Shown: positions 8,988 to 18,951 of the stretch, one piece after another | Position numbering within the stretch: position 1 is the stretch's first letter | Layout: every line of letters begins with the position of its first letter | Source of the DNA: Sphingomonadaceae bacterium | Lineage (GTDB): Bacteria > Pseudomonadota > Alphaproteobacteria > Sphingomonadales > Sphingomonadaceae | Reading direction: 5' to 3' | DNA: 64,000 nt | Assembly (NCBI GenBank): GCA_027533105.1 | Contig: JAPZTW010000008.1 | Coordinates: 472,684 to 536,683, forward strand | Program-made: the position numbers and the translations under genes | The notes under the pieces: model-generated | What the model saw: only the letters and a program-made list of their open reading frames with translations | Databases searched by the model: none | Told to the model about the DNA's origin: nothing

Positions 8988-10223
8988 ATGACAAGCAAGC
9001 CCATTCCGCGCGCGCTCGAAGGCGTGAAAGTGCTCGACCTGTCGCGCGTTCTCGCCGGTCCGTGGTGCACCCAGATCCTGGCCGATCTGGGCGCCGAGGT
9101 GCTCAAGGTGGAGCATCCCGGCCGCGGCGACGATACGCGCGCCTGGGGCCCGCCGTTCCTCAAGCGGCCCGATGGTTCGGACGATCCCCAGGAAAGCGCC
9201 TATTACCTGTGCACCAACCGCAACAAGCGCTCTGCCGCGATTGACCTGGCGACGCCGGAAGGGGCCGCGCTGATCCGGCGGCTGGCGGCCGAGGCCGACG
9301 TGCTGGTGGAGAACTTCAAGGTCGGCGGCCTCGCCAAGTATGGCCTCGACTATGCCAGCATCGCCGCGATCAACCCGCGGATCGTCTATTGCTCGATCAC
9401 CGGCTTCGGCCAGACCGGCCCCTATACCCAGCGCGGCGGCTATGATTTCGTCGCCCAGGGCATGGGCGGCTTCATGTCGGTAACGGGCGAGGCCGATGGC
9501 GGTCCCTTGCGTGCCGGGGTGGCCATGGCCGATCTTTCAACCGGCAACTTCGCCGCCATCTCGATCCTGGCGGCGCTGCGCCATGCCGAGCGGACCGGCG
9601 AAGGGCAGCAGATCGACATCTCGCTGCTCGATACGCAGATCACGATGATGGCCAACCAGGGCTCGAGCTATCTTGTCAGCGGGGTTGCGCCGGGGCGGCT
9701 GGGCAACCGCCATCCCACCGTGGTGCCCTATACCACCTTCAATGTGGCCGACGGGGTGCTGATCATCGCGGTTGGCAATGACCTGCAGTTCCGCGCCTTC
9801 TGCACCGAAATGGGCGTGCCGGAGCTGGGCACCGACCCGCGCTTTGCCCTCGCGCGGGACCGGCTGGTCAACCGTGACGCGATCGAGGCGATCGTGGCCG
9901 ACCTGGTGAAGGACCACACCCGCGACGCGCTGATCGCCCGGCTGGAAACGGCCGGGGTGCCGGTCGGCCCGGTCAATACGCTGGAAGACGTGTTCAACGA
10001 TCCCTTCGTCGCAGCGCGCGGCACGGTGCACCGGTTCGTGCGCGAGGATGGAGTGGAGATTCCCTCGGTCGCCTATCCCGGCAAGCTCTCGCGCACCCCC
10101 GCGCAGTTCGAACGGCGCCCGCCGCGCGTGGGCGAACACAGCCGCGAACTGCTGGAAGAATGGCTGGGGATGGACGAGGCCGAATTCACCGCCCTGGCCC
10201 AAGCCGGAGCGGTGAAGGGCTGA
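8988..10223 (+). CDS. CaiB/BaiF family III CoA-transferase
   Basis: LEGVKVLDLSRVLAGP, GDDTR, NRNKRS, ENFK motifs (alternative ATG at 8976). Confidence 0.94.
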   Translation: MTSKPIPRALEGVKVLDLSRVLAGPWCTQILADLGAEVLKVEHPGRGDDTRAWGPPFLKRPDGSDDPQESAYYLCTNRNKRSAAIDLATPEGAALIRRLAAEADVLVENFKVGGLAKYGLDYASIAAINPRIVYCSITGFGQTGPYTQRGGYDFVAQGMGGFMSVTGEADGGPLRAGVAMADLSTGNFAAISILAALRHAERTGEGQQIDISLLDTQITMMANQGSSYLVSGVAPGRLGNRHPTVVPYTTFNVADGVLIIAVGNDLQFRAFCTEMGVPELGTDPRFALARDRLVNRDAIEAIVADLVKDHTRDALIARLETAGVPVGPVNTLEDVFNDPFVAARGTVHRFVREDGVEIPSVAYPGKLSRTPAQFERRPPRVGEHSRELLEEWLGMDEAEFTALAQAGAVKG

Positions 10224-10235
10224 CGCCCAGGCCCG

Positions 10236-11309
10236 TTACATCCCGGCCAGCCTGGCGAATTCGGTGGCGCGGTCGACCAGCGGCTGGACCCGGTCCGACT
10301 GGGCCTTGGCATGGGCCGAGCTGGCCGTGCCGTCGATCACCCGCTTCTTGATGCCCTGGAGGATCCCCGCCAGGCGGAAGAAGTTGTAGGCGAACAGCCA
10401 GTTCATGTCGGGCAGGCTGTCACGGCCGGTCTTCGCGGCATAGTGCTCGACCACTTCGGCCAGCTCGGGGATGCCCAGCGCCTTGCGATCGAGGTCCTGC
10501 ACACCCGAGCGGCCGCCGTTATCCGTCACCCAGGCCATGCAGACATAGGAAAAGTCGCCCAGCGGATCGCCCAGGGTGGAAAGCTCCCAGTCGAGCACGG
10601 CCAGCACTTCGGGCTTGTCCTTGGCCCAGATCATGTTGTCGATCCGGTAATCGCCGTGGACCACGCTGGTGCGGGTCTGCTCGGGCAGGGTCTGCGGCAG
10701 CCACTCGATCAGCCGCTCCATGTCGGGCATGTGCTCGGTCTCGGACAGCTTGTACTGCTTGGTCCAGCGATCGACCTGGCGGCCGAAATAGTTCCCCGGC
10801 TTGCCATAGTCGGCAAGGCCAACCGCCTCGACATCGACCGTGTGCAGCGCCGCCAGGGTGTCGATCATCGCGAAATAGGTGTCGCGGCGGTACTGCGGCG
10901 TGGCACCGGGCATGGCCCCGTCCCAGATCGTTTTCCCGTCGACCATGTCCATGATGTAGAACCACGAGCCGACCACGGAGTCGTCCGTGCACAGGCCAAA
11001 CTGGCGCGCCGCCGGAAAGCCCGCCTGGTTGAGCGCGTTCTGGACCTTGTACTCGCGGTCGACCGCGTGCGCGCTGGGCAGCAGCGGGCCGAAGGGCTTG
11101 CGGCGCAGCACGTAATTGCCGCTCGCTGCCTCGATCTTGTAGGTCGGGTTGGATTGCCCGCCCTTGAACTTGGTCAGGTGCAGCGGCCCCTGGAAGCCCG
11201 CCACATTGGCTTGCATCCATTCGGTCAGGCGGGCCTCGTCCAGCTTGTCGGCCCCTTCCGGCTCGACAGTCCCGACAAAGGCTTCATCGGCGTTGATCGC
11301 TTCGCTCAT
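10236..11309 (-). CDS. APH-family phosphotransferase (LvaA / ACAD10-11 kinase-like)
   Basis: FKGGQSNPTY, SAHAVDREY, HGDYRIDN, LDWELSTLG. Confidence 0.92.
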   Translation of the reverse strand: MSEAINADEAFVGTVEPEGADKLDEARLTEWMQANVAGFQGPLHLTKFKGGQSNPTYKIEAASGNYVLRRKPFGPLLPSAHAVDREYKVQNALNQAGFPAARQFGLCTDDSVVGSWFYIMDMVDGKTIWDGAMPGATPQYRRDTYFAMIDTLAALHTVDVEAVGLADYGKPGNYFGRQVDRWTKQYKLSETEHMPDMERLIEWLPQTLPEQTRTSVVHGDYRIDNMIWAKDKPEVLAVLDWELSTLGDPLGDFSYVCMAWVTDNGGRSGVQDLDRKALGIPELAEVVEHYAAKTGRDSLPDMNWLFAYNFFRLAGILQGIKKRVIDGTASSAHAKAQSDRVQPLVDRATEFARLAGM

Positions 11310-11319
11310 GCTCTGGCCC

Positions 11320-12408
11320 TTACTGGTCGAAGACGATCACCGAGCGGGCGGAATGGCCGCCCTTCATCTTCTCGAAGCCCTCGTTGATCTGCGAGAGCGG
11401 GATGCGCTCGGCAATGATCGTGTCGAGATCGAGCAGCCCGCGCATGTAGAAATCAACGAGGCGCGGCATGTCGACCGGGAAGTGGTTCATCCCCATGATC
11501 GCGCCCTGCAGCTTCTTGCCCGAGAGCAGGTCCATGGCGCTGAGGCCGACCGAGTGGTTGAGCGGCATCATGCCCAGGATCGTGGCCGTGCCGCCGCGCC
11601 GCAGCGACTTGACCGCGAGCTCGCCCGAGGCCGGACGGCCGACGGCCTCGACCGCGTGATCGACCCCGCCCTTGGTCAGTTCGACAATCTGCGCGGCGGC
11701 ATCGTCGGCCAGGGCATCGACGGTGTGGGTCGCGCCCAGCTTCATCGCCAGCTCGCGCTTTTCCGGCATCGGATCGGCGGCGATGATCTTGCCCGCCCCG
11801 GCGATCTTGGCGGCATTGATTGCGGCCAGGCCCACCCCGCCGCAACCGACCACGGCCACGGTTTCGCCCGGCGTTACCTTGCAGGCGTTGAAGATCGTCC
11901 CGGCCCCGGTGGTCACCGCGCAGCCGATCACCGAAGCGCGATCGAGCGGCATTTCCGGATCGATCCGGGTGCAGGCATGTTCGTGGATCAGCATCATCTC
12001 GGCAAAGGCCGAGAGGTTGAGCATCTGGGCCACCGGGCTGCCATCGGGCCGCGACAGGCGCGGCTCGCTGCCCGGAGCGCGGCGGGTATCCGCGCCCAGG
12101 CACAGCGCCATGCGGCCGGTCACGCAGAATTCGCAGTGCCCGCAGAAGGCGGAGAGGCAGGTCACCACGGCATCGCCCACCTTCACGGTGCGCACTTCGC
12201 TGCCGACCGCCTCGACAATCCCGGCGGCTTCGTGGCCGGGCACGGCGGGGAGCGCGTGGGGATAGGTGCCTTCGATGAAGTGCAGGTCCGAATGGCACAA
12301 GCCGCAGGCGGCCGTGCGGATCAGCACTTCATGCGGGCCGGGCTTGCTGATCACCAGCTCCTCGATTTCGAGCGGCTGGTTGGGGGCGACGAGGACAGCG
12401 GCTTTCAT
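11320..12408 (-). CDS. Zn-dependent alcohol dehydrogenase
   Basis: GLCHSD, GHEAAG, CGHCEFC structural Zn site, GCGGVG. Confidence 0.93.
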   Translation of the reverse strand: MKAAVLVAPNQPLEIEELVISKPGPHEVLIRTAACGLCHSDLHFIEGTYPHALPAVPGHEAAGIVEAVGSEVRTVKVGDAVVTCLSAFCGHCEFCVTGRMALCLGADTRRAPGSEPRLSRPDGSPVAQMLNLSAFAEMMLIHEHACTRIDPEMPLDRASVIGCAVTTGAGTIFNACKVTPGETVAVVGCGGVGLAAINAAKIAGAGKIIAADPMPEKRELAMKLGATHTVDALADDAAAQIVELTKGGVDHAVEAVGRPASGELAVKSLRRGGTATILGMMPLNHSVGLSAMDLLSGKKLQGAIMGMNHFPVDMPRLVDFYMRGLLDLDTIIAERIPLSQINEGFEKMKGGHSARSVIVFDQ

Positions 12409-12425
12409 GTGCTTCTCCATTGGTT

Positions 12426-12518
12426 CCCCTCCCGCCGGCGGGAGGGGTTAGGGGAGGGTGTGTTATCCTTCGGCCAGATAACAGGCCCTCCCCCCGACCC
12501 CTCCCACGGGTGGGAGGG
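12426..12518. repeat. Palindromic REP/MITE-like element
   Basis: Terminal hairpins CCCCTCCCGCCGGCGGGAGGGG and CCCCTCCCACGGGTGGGAGGGG enclose GGGGAGGG/CCCTCCCC and TGTTATC/GATAACA inverted pairs. Confidence 0.8.
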
Positions 12519-12562
12519 GAGATTGTGGTGCGCCGGTTCGCGAACGAACGGCGCGAACTACG

Positions 12563-13855
12563 TCAACGCGCGACGCCCAGATCGCCCGAGCTGAACGAAT
12601 TGTCCTTCTTGGCGTTGTCCGAATGGCGGGCGAATTCGATCCGGGCGATGGCGCGGGCGTGGACTTCGTCCGGACCGTCCGCCAGGCGCAGGGTGCGCTG
12701 GTGCGCCCAGGCCGAAGCGAGGCCGAAATCGTCCGAAACGCCGCCGCCGCCGTGGGCCTGGATCGCATCGTCGATGATCCGCAGCGCCATGTTGGGGGCC
12801 TGGACCTTGATCATGGCGATTTCCAGCGCGGCGGCCTTGTTGCCGACCTTGTCCATCATGTCCGCCGCCTTGAGGCAGAGCAGGCGGGTCATTTCGATGT
12901 CGATCCGGGCCTGGGCGATGCGCTGTTCCCAGATCGAGTGTTCGGCTACGGTCTTGCCAAAGGCGACGCGCGACTGGAGCCGCTTGGCCATCTTGGCAAT
13001 CGCTTCCTCGGCCACGCCGATCGTGCGCATGCAGTGATGGATGCGACCCGGCCCGAGGCGGCCCTGCGCGATCTCGAACCCGCGGCCTTCGCCCAGCAGC
13101 ATGTTGGACACCGGCACGCGGACGTCCTTCATCACCACTTCCATGTGGCCATGCGGGGCATCGTCATAGCCGAACACCGGCAGGTGGCGGATCACTTCGA
13201 CGCCGGGGCGGTCCAGCTCCATCAGCACCATCGACTGCTGCTGGTGGCGCTTGGCCTCGAAATCGGTCTTGCCCATCACGATCGCGATCTTGCAGCGCGG
13301 ATCGCCCAGGCCCGACGACCACCACTTGCGGCCGTTGATCACATATTCGTCGCCCTCGCGGCGGATCGAGGTTTCGATATTGGTCGCGTCCGAGCTGGCC
13401 ACGGCCGGCTCGGTCATCAGGAAGGCCGAACGGATTTCGCCGTTCATCAGCGGCTTCAGCCACTGTTCCTTCTGTTCGCGGGTGCCATAGCGGTGCAGCA
13501 CTTCCATGTTGCCGGTATCCGGCGCGGAGCAGTTGAACACTTCCGACGACCAGCCGATCCGGCCCATTTCCTCGGCGCAGAGCGCATATTCGAGGTTGGT
13601 CAGCCCCGGACCTTCGAATTCGAAGGTTTCATCGACATGGTGATGGCCGGAATTGCGCGGCGGCATGAACAGGTTCCAGATGCCCTGTGCCTTGGCGCGG
13701 GCCTTTTCCTCCTCGACCACCTGCAGCACCTTCCAGCGCTCGCCGCTCTTGTCCTCGGCCTTGTAGTCGTCGTTGCGCGGGCGGACATGGTTCTCGATGA
13801 ACTGGCGGACACGATCGCGCCAGTAGCGCTGCCGTTCGGTGGGTTCGAAATCCAT
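12563..13855 (-). CDS. Acyl-CoA dehydrogenase (LvaC / ACAD11-like)
   Basis: [50 protein letters not shown]; ATG MDFEP at 13855. Confidence 0.93.
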   Translation of the reverse strand: MDFEPTERQRYWRDRVRQFIENHVRPRNDDYKAEDKSGERWKVLQVVEEEKARAKAQGIWNLFMPPRNSGHHHVDETFEFEGPGLTNLEYALCAEEMGRIGWSSEVFNCSAPDTGNMEVLHRYGTREQKEQWLKPLMNGEIRSAFLMTEPAVASSDATNIETSIRREGDEYVINGRKWWSSGLGDPRCKIAIVMGKTDFEAKRHQQQSMVLMELDRPGVEVIRHLPVFGYDDAPHGHMEVVMKDVRVPVSNMLLGEGRGFEIAQGRLGPGRIHHCMRTIGVAEEAIAKMAKRLQSRVAFGKTVAEHSIWEQRIAQARIDIEMTRLLCLKAADMMDKVGNKAAALEIAMIKVQAPNMALRIIDDAIQAHGGGGVSDDFGLASAWAHQRTLRLADGPDEVHARAIARIEFARHSDNAKKDNSFSSGDLGVAR

Positions 13856-13935
13856 GGGTGATCCTTTCCTGCGATGATGATCGAGTCTGTGTTTGATGTG
13901 ACTGTGGCAGAGCCGGAAGGCGCCGCCAAGGGGGT

Positions 13936-13951
13936 TTAATCGGTCGGTTAA
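13936..13951 (-). promoter_or_regulatory. Putative operator TTAACCGACCGATTAA upstream of the acyl-CoA dehydrogenase
   Basis: 13/16 identical to the site at 16391-16406, in the same orientation relative to its downstream gene. Confidence 0.5.
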
Positions 13952-13973
13952 GCGTGTGGGCGGCTGACGGGTG

Positions 13974-15395
13974 CTAGGGGTGCATGCCCTCCGCATCGGG
14001 GTTGGCGCGGGCGGCGGCCAGGGCAGCCAGGCGCGCCTCGTGATCGGCGCGGGTGATCGGGAAGCGGCGGATCACCAGGCTGACCGCGACGGCAAAGACC
14101 GCCACGACCGCGGCATAGGTCAGCGACAGCGTGTCGATGATCTCCATCGGCACTTCGCCGGGCGTCGCCTTCTGCGGCAGGCCGGAAAAGGCCAGCAGCT
14201 GCCCGGTCACGAAGATGCCAAGGCCGGTGGCGCATTTGGCCATGAACATGTTCCCGGCAAAGAACGCCCCTTCGCTGCGCCGCCCGGTCTGTTCCTCCGA
14301 GGCCTCGACCACGTCGGCCACCATCGAGCTGGCCGATATCATCGCCGAAACGCTGAACACGTTCGAGCAGAAGAACAGCAGGAACAGCGGAAAGGTTGAA
14401 GCGAGCGTCCCTTCCTGCGGCCAGAGCCCGGCCGCGCGGAGCAGGAACGGGGTGACCCAGAAGCCCGCACCAAGCAGGGCCGTCACCTTGGCCGTGTCGC
14501 GCTTGCCCCAGCGGGCGTGAAGGTGCGGCAACAGCATGAAGCAGGCCACCACGCTGGCGAACAGCACCCAGGGGAACAGCATCAGGTCGGACGGGCTGAA
14601 GCGCCAGATGAACAGGTAGAGGTAGTTGCTGATCGAGAAGGTGATGCCCTGGCTGGTATAGGCCAGCCCGCCACCGATCAGCAGGATCAGGAAGGCGCGG
14701 TGCGAAAAGCTTTCGCGCAGTTCGGCAAAGGCGGTCCCGAGGCTGAATTTCGAGCGGACCGGCGGCGGATAGCCCGCGGCGATCCTGTGCTGGGCCAGCG
14801 CGGAAAGCAGCACGGCGCCGGTGATCAGCACAGCGCCGGTCAGGCCATAGGCGCGGTAGCCTTCGGGCTTCAGCAGGCCATCGGCCAGGAACACGTTGTA
14901 GGCGAGGAACATCACCAGCAGCCCTCCGCCCCAGCCGAACAGGAAGCGATAACGCATCAGCCGGCTGCGCTCGTCATAGTCGCGGGTCAGTTCCGGGACG
15001 AGCGCGATCGAGGGCACTTCGCAGCAGGAAACCAGCACCCGGATCGCCACGACCAGGCCAACGAGGCCCCAGAAAGTGGGCTGCTGGGTTTCCGCCCAGA
15101 GCAGGTACCAGACCACGCCCAGCGGGATCGGCGCGAGGTACAGCCAGGGCAGGCGGCGGCCCCAGCGGGTGTGGGTCCGATCCGACAGGTAGCCGATCAC
15201 CGGATCGATCACCCCGTCGATCACCAGCGCCAGCATCAGCGCCAGGCTGACCAGCATGGCGTCCATCCCCAGCACCTGGTTGTAATAGAGCAGCAGGAAG
15301 GTGGAGAGGCCGTTGTCCTTCACGCCATAGGCGATCGAACCCAGGCCATGGAACAGGGCAAGCCGCGTCGGCACCTTGCCCTCGATCGGCGTCAC
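13974..15395 (-). CDS. MFS transporter (GPH/MelB-like)
   Basis: [33 protein letters not shown]; about 12 TM segments. Confidence 0.9.
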   Translation of the reverse strand: MTPIEGKVPTRLALFHGLGSIAYGVKDNGLSTFLLLYYNQVLGMDAMLVSLALMLALVIDGVIDPVIGYLSDRTHTRWGRRLPWLYLAPIPLGVVWYLLWAETQQPTFWGLVGLVVAIRVLVSCCEVPSIALVPELTRDYDERSRLMRYRFLFGWGGGLLVMFLAYNVFLADGLLKPEGYRAYGLTGAVLITGAVLLSALAQHRIAAGYPPPVRSKFSLGTAFAELRESFSHRAFLILLIGGGLAYTSQGITFSISNYLYLFIWRFSPSDLMLFPWVLFASVVACFMLLPHLHARWGKRDTAKVTALLGAGFWVTPFLLRAAGLWPQEGTLASTFPLFLLFFCSNVFSVSAMISASSMVADVVEASEEQTGRRSEGAFFAGNMFMAKCATGLGIFVTGQLLAFSGLPQKATPGEVPMEIIDTLSLTYAAVVAVFAVAVSLVIRRFPITRADHEARLAALAAARANPDAEGMHP

Positions 15396-16249
15396 TGGGC
15401 CGAGGCTCCGCCCTGGCGGGCCTCGACAAAGGCCTGGATCGTGTCGAACAGCCCCGGCGCTTCGGGATCCCAGGAATGGCGCGGGCCCAGGGTAATGCCG
15501 CCATCGACGATCAGCGAGGCGCCGGTCATGAAGCTGGCGGCATCGCTGCTGAGGAAGGCCACGGCCTCGGCAATATCGCGCGGCTGGCCACCACGCGGGA
15601 CGGGCTGGGCATGGCTCGACATCTGGGCGATCATCGCGTTGACGGTCGCCTTGTCGTCACCGCTCACTTCCAGGCTTGCGGCAAAGATGTTGGTGTTGAT
15701 GAAACCGGGCTGCACCGCGTTCACGCGGATGCCGAACTTGGCCAGGTCGGTTGCCGCGCACTTGGTGAGGTGCAGCACCCCGGCCTTGGCCACGGCATAG
15801 GCGGTGGGTGAATAGCCCGGGCCGACAGCGGCGACCGAGCTGGTGTTGACGATCGCCGCGCCGGGGCGGCCCTTCATGTGCGGCACGGCGTGGTGAATGC
15901 CCATCGCGACCGAGCGCAGCACCAGGTTCATCGTCCAGTCCCAGCCGGCCTCGTCGCATTCGTCGATCCCGCCGCGCGCGCCGCCGGCGGCGGCGTTGTT
16001 GAACAGCACGTCGAACCCGCCGTTCTCGCTGCCGGCCTTGTCGAGCAGGGCCTTGATCTGGGCCACGTCACACACGTCGCAGGCCACCGGGACAATGCCC
16101 GGCAGTTCGGCCGCCAGCGCCTCGGCCCCGGCCAGATCGAGGTCGGCGGCATAGACTTTCGCGCCTTCCCGCGCGAACAGTCGCGCCGTTTCCTTGCCGA
16201 TGCCCGATGCCGCGCCGGTAATCACGGCGACCTTTCCTGCGAAGCGCAT
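15392..16249 (-). CDS. SDR oxidoreductase
   Basis: TGAASGIG, NNAA, YAVAK; ATG MRFAGK at 16249. Confidence 0.92.
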   Translation of the reverse strand: MRFAGKVAVITGAASGIGKETARLFAREGAKVYAADLDLAGAEALAAELPGIVPVACDVCDVAQIKALLDKAGSENGGFDVLFNNAAAGGARGGIDECDEAGWDWTMNLVLRSVAMGIHHAVPHMKGRPGAAIVNTSSVAAVGPGYSPTAYAVAKAGVLHLTKCAATDLAKFGIRVNAVQPGFINTNIFAASLEVSGDDKATVNAMIAQMSSHAQPVPRGGQPRDIAEAVAFLSSDAASFMTGASLIVDGGITLGPRHSWDPEAPGLFDTIQAFVEARQGGASAQ

Positions 16250-16390
16250 ATCCTCTTGTCCCTCGGTTCTGTTTGGTCGCCAGCTTAGGCCGGATGGGGG
16301 CGCGGTCAACGCCAAACCGGTTGACGTTACGGCAAGGCGGGCAGGCGCAGCGCCCGGAAATCCGCGCTTGCACGCGGTGCCCGAGTCGCC

Positions 16391-16406
16391 TTAACCTCTC
16401 GATTAA
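16391..16406 (+). promoter_or_regulatory. Putative operator TTAACCTCTCGATTAA upstream of the ACAD pair
   Basis: Near-palindrome next to the RBS; matches the site at 13936-13951. Confidence 0.5.
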
Positions 16407-16417
16407 GAGAGGAGCTC

Positions 16418-17584
16418 TTGACCATGTCTGACCTTGAAGCCTTCCGGGCCGAAATCCGCGCCTGGCTGGAAGAAAACTGCCCGCCCGAAATGCGCCAGCC
16501 CGCCCGCAGCGATGATGACATCTGCTGGGGCGGCCGCAAGTTTAAGTTCAAGAACGAGGCCCAGAAGCAGTGGCTCGAACGCTGCGCGGCCAAGGGCTAT
16601 ACCGTGCCCGACTGGCCCAAGCCCTATGGCGGCGCGGGGATGAGCCCGGCCGAAGCCAAGATCTGGCGCGAGGAAATGAACCGCATCGGCGCGCGTCCGC
16701 CGCTGTCCTCGTTCGGGATCTGGATGCTTGGCCCGGCGCTGCTCAAGTTCGGGACCGAGGAACAGAAGGTCCATTACCTCAACCAGATCGCCCGCGGCGA
16801 AATCCGCTGGTGCCAGGGCTATTCGGAGCCGGGTTCGGGTTCGGACCTTGTCAGCTTGCAGACCTATGGCGAAGACAAGGGCGATCACTGGGTGGTCAAC
16901 GGCCAGAAGATCTGGACCTCCTATGCCGACAAGGCTGACTGGATCTTCTGCCTGGTCCGCACCGACAAGACCAACAAGTACCAGGGCATTTCCTTCCTGC
17001 TGTTCGACATGGAAAGCCCCGGCGTCTCGACCAAGCCGATCCTGCTGATCAGCGGCAATTCGCCGTTCTGCGAAACCTTCTTCGACAATGTGAAGGTGCC
17101 CAAGTACCAGATCGTGGGCGAACTGAACCGCGGCTGGGACGTGGCCAAGTACCTGCTCGGCCACGAGCGCGAGATGATCTCGGGCGCGGGCGGCAATGAC
17201 CGGCTCAACACCATCGGCGCCTTTGCCAAGCGCAATGGCCTGGAAGACCCGCTGCTGCGCGCCGAACTGGCCATGTTCGATGTCGATGCCCTGGCTTTCA
17301 GCGCGATGGGCGAGAAGTTCCTGGATGAGATCAAGGTCGGCAAGGCGCACCCCGCCCAGCCGAACATGATGAAGTACGCCGGGACCGAGCTCAACAAGCG
17401 CCGTCACGAACTGCTGATGGCGGCGGGCGGATCGGCCGCGCTGGAGTGGGACAGCGAGGCGTCGGGCGGCGGCTCGAAGGCCCGCACCTGGCTGCGGACC
17501 AAGGCCAATTCGATCGAAGGCGGCACGAGCGAGGTCATGCTCAACGTGATCTCGAAGCGGATCCTGGATCTGCCTGGAGCCTAA
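16418..17584 (+). CDS. Acyl-CoA dehydrogenase (PimC/FadE large-subunit type)
   Basis: WCQGYSEPGSGSDL, NGQKIWTS, ANSIEGGTSE; start TTG 16418 or ATG 16424. Confidence 0.93.
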   Translation: MTMSDLEAFRAEIRAWLEENCPPEMRQPARSDDDICWGGRKFKFKNEAQKQWLERCAAKGYTVPDWPKPYGGAGMSPAEAKIWREEMNRIGARPPLSSFGIWMLGPALLKFGTEEQKVHYLNQIARGEIRWCQGYSEPGSGSDLVSLQTYGEDKGDHWVVNGQKIWTSYADKADWIFCLVRTDKTNKYQGISFLLFDMESPGVSTKPILLISGNSPFCETFFDNVKVPKYQIVGELNRGWDVAKYLLGHEREMISGAGGNDRLNTIGAFAKRNGLEDPLLRAELAMFDVDALAFSAMGEKFLDEIKVGKAHPAQPNMMKYAGTELNKRRHELLMAAGGSAALEWDSEASGGGSKARTWLRTKANSIEGGTSEVMLNVISKRILDLPGA

Positions 17585-17593
17585 CCCATTCCT

Positions 17594-17680
17594 CGTCACC
17601 CCGGGCTTGACCCGGGGTCCCGCTTCCTCCCTGCGGCGGGTCAGAAAAGAGCGGGACCCCGGATCAAGTCCGGGGTGACG
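17594..17680. repeat. Alphaproteobacterial REP-like inverted repeat (CCCGG-CTTGA-CCGGG family)
   Basis: CGTCACCCCGGGCTTGACCCGGGGTCCCGCT ... AGCGGGACCCCGGATCAAGTCCGGGGTGACG. Confidence 0.85.
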
Positions 17681-17704
17681 GAAAAAGTTTGAAGGAGGCA
17701 GGCT

Positions 17705-18844
17705 ATGCCGCTGTATCACACCGAAGACCAGGCCATGCTGGCCGACACCGCGCGCCAGTTCATGTCCGACGAAGGCACCATTGCCAAGCAGCTGCGCCAT
17801 TGGCGCGACAAGCAGTGCAAGGATGGGTTCGGCCACGCGCTGTGGAAGCAGTTCGCCGAACTGGGCTTTACCGGGATCCTGGTGGCCGAGGCCGATGGCG
17901 GCCTGGGCATGGGTCATGTCGAAGCCGGGATCGTGCTGGAGGAAATCGGCCGCAACCTGACGCCTTCGCCCTTCCTGACCAGCTCGGTCATGGCCGCAAC
18001 GGCGCTGGGCGGCGGCAGCGCCGACCTGCGCGGGCGCTACCTGCCCGGGCTGCTGGCGGGCGACAGCGTGTTCGCCGTAGCGATCGACGAAGGACCCAAG
18101 CACCGCCCCGAACGGATCGCCACCCGCGCCGAACGCGCCGGCAACGGCTTCCGCATCACTGGCGGCAAGGCCTTCGTGGTCCACGGTGGCAGCGCCGATA
18201 TGCTGGTCGTCGCCGCCCGCACCGCCGGTGCCGACGATGACAACGACGGGATCACCCTGTTCGCCGTGCCCAAGGACGCTGCCGGGCTCAGCCAGGACGC
18301 GGTCCGGCTGGTCGACAGTTCGATGGCGACCCATGTGAAGCTCGATGGGGTCCAGGTCGATGCCGATGCCGTGATCGGCGAAGTCGATGCCGGGCGCGAG
18401 CTGCTGAACCGGGTGCTCAATGCCGGGCGCGTCGGCGCGGCGGCGGAAAGCGTCGGCGTGGCGGGCGGGGCCTTCGACATGACCACCACCTACCTCAAGC
18501 AGCGCAAGCAGTTCGGCCAGCTGATCGGCGAGTTCCAGGCGCTGCAGCACCGCGCCGCGCACCTCTATTCGGAGCTGGAGATTGCCCGCGCCTCGGTCAT
18601 CAAGGCGCAGCAGCTGCTCGATGCCGGGTCGGACAAGGCCGAGCTGATGGTCTCGGTCGCCAAGGCCAAGGCCGGCAAGGCCGCCAGTCTCGCGGTCAAG
18701 GAAGGGGTGCAGATGCACGGTGGGATCGGCATGACCGACGAGTACGACATCGGCCTCTACATGAAGCGCGACCGTGCGCTGTCCGAATTCATGGGCGACA
18801 TGTATTACCACGCGGAGCGCGTGGCGCAGTTGAGCGGCTACTAG
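17705..18844 (+). CDS. Acyl-CoA dehydrogenase (PimD/small-subunit type)
   Basis: YLKQRKQFG, FQALQHR, VQMHGGIGMTDEYD; C-terminus lacks the usual catalytic-Glu motif. Confidence 0.92.
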   Translation: MPLYHTEDQAMLADTARQFMSDEGTIAKQLRHWRDKQCKDGFGHALWKQFAELGFTGILVAEADGGLGMGHVEAGIVLEEIGRNLTPSPFLTSSVMAATALGGGSADLRGRYLPGLLAGDSVFAVAIDEGPKHRPERIATRAERAGNGFRITGGKAFVVHGGSADMLVVAARTAGADDDNDGITLFAVPKDAAGLSQDAVRLVDSSMATHVKLDGVQVDADAVIGEVDAGRELLNRVLNAGRVGAAAESVGVAGGAFDMTTTYLKQRKQFGQLIGEFQALQHRAAHLYSELEIARASVIKAQQLLDAGSDKAELMVSVAKAKAGKAASLAVKEGVQMHGGIGMTDEYDIGLYMKRDRALSEFMGDMYYHAERVAQLSGY

Positions 18845-18937
18845 ATCGTCGTCCCGGGCTTGACCCGGGACCGCTGCCTGCCTGGCGCAGCGTCTATTGA
18901 TCAGGCCAGCGATCCCGGCTTGCGCCGGGATGACGAT
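18845..18937. repeat. REP-like inverted repeat, same family as 17594-17680
   Basis: ATCGTCGTCCCGGGCTTGACCCGGGACCGCTG ... CAGCGATCCCGGCTTGCGCCGGGATGACGAT. Confidence 0.85.
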
Positions 18938-18951
18938 TCGGGAGAAGACCA

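Noticed and set aside
13936-16406. TTAA...TTAA sites as CtrA boxes
   Set aside because: The spacer is 8 nt, not the 7 nt of the CtrA consensus, so they are kept as a different operator. A similar N8 at 45657-45672 is explained by AT-richness.
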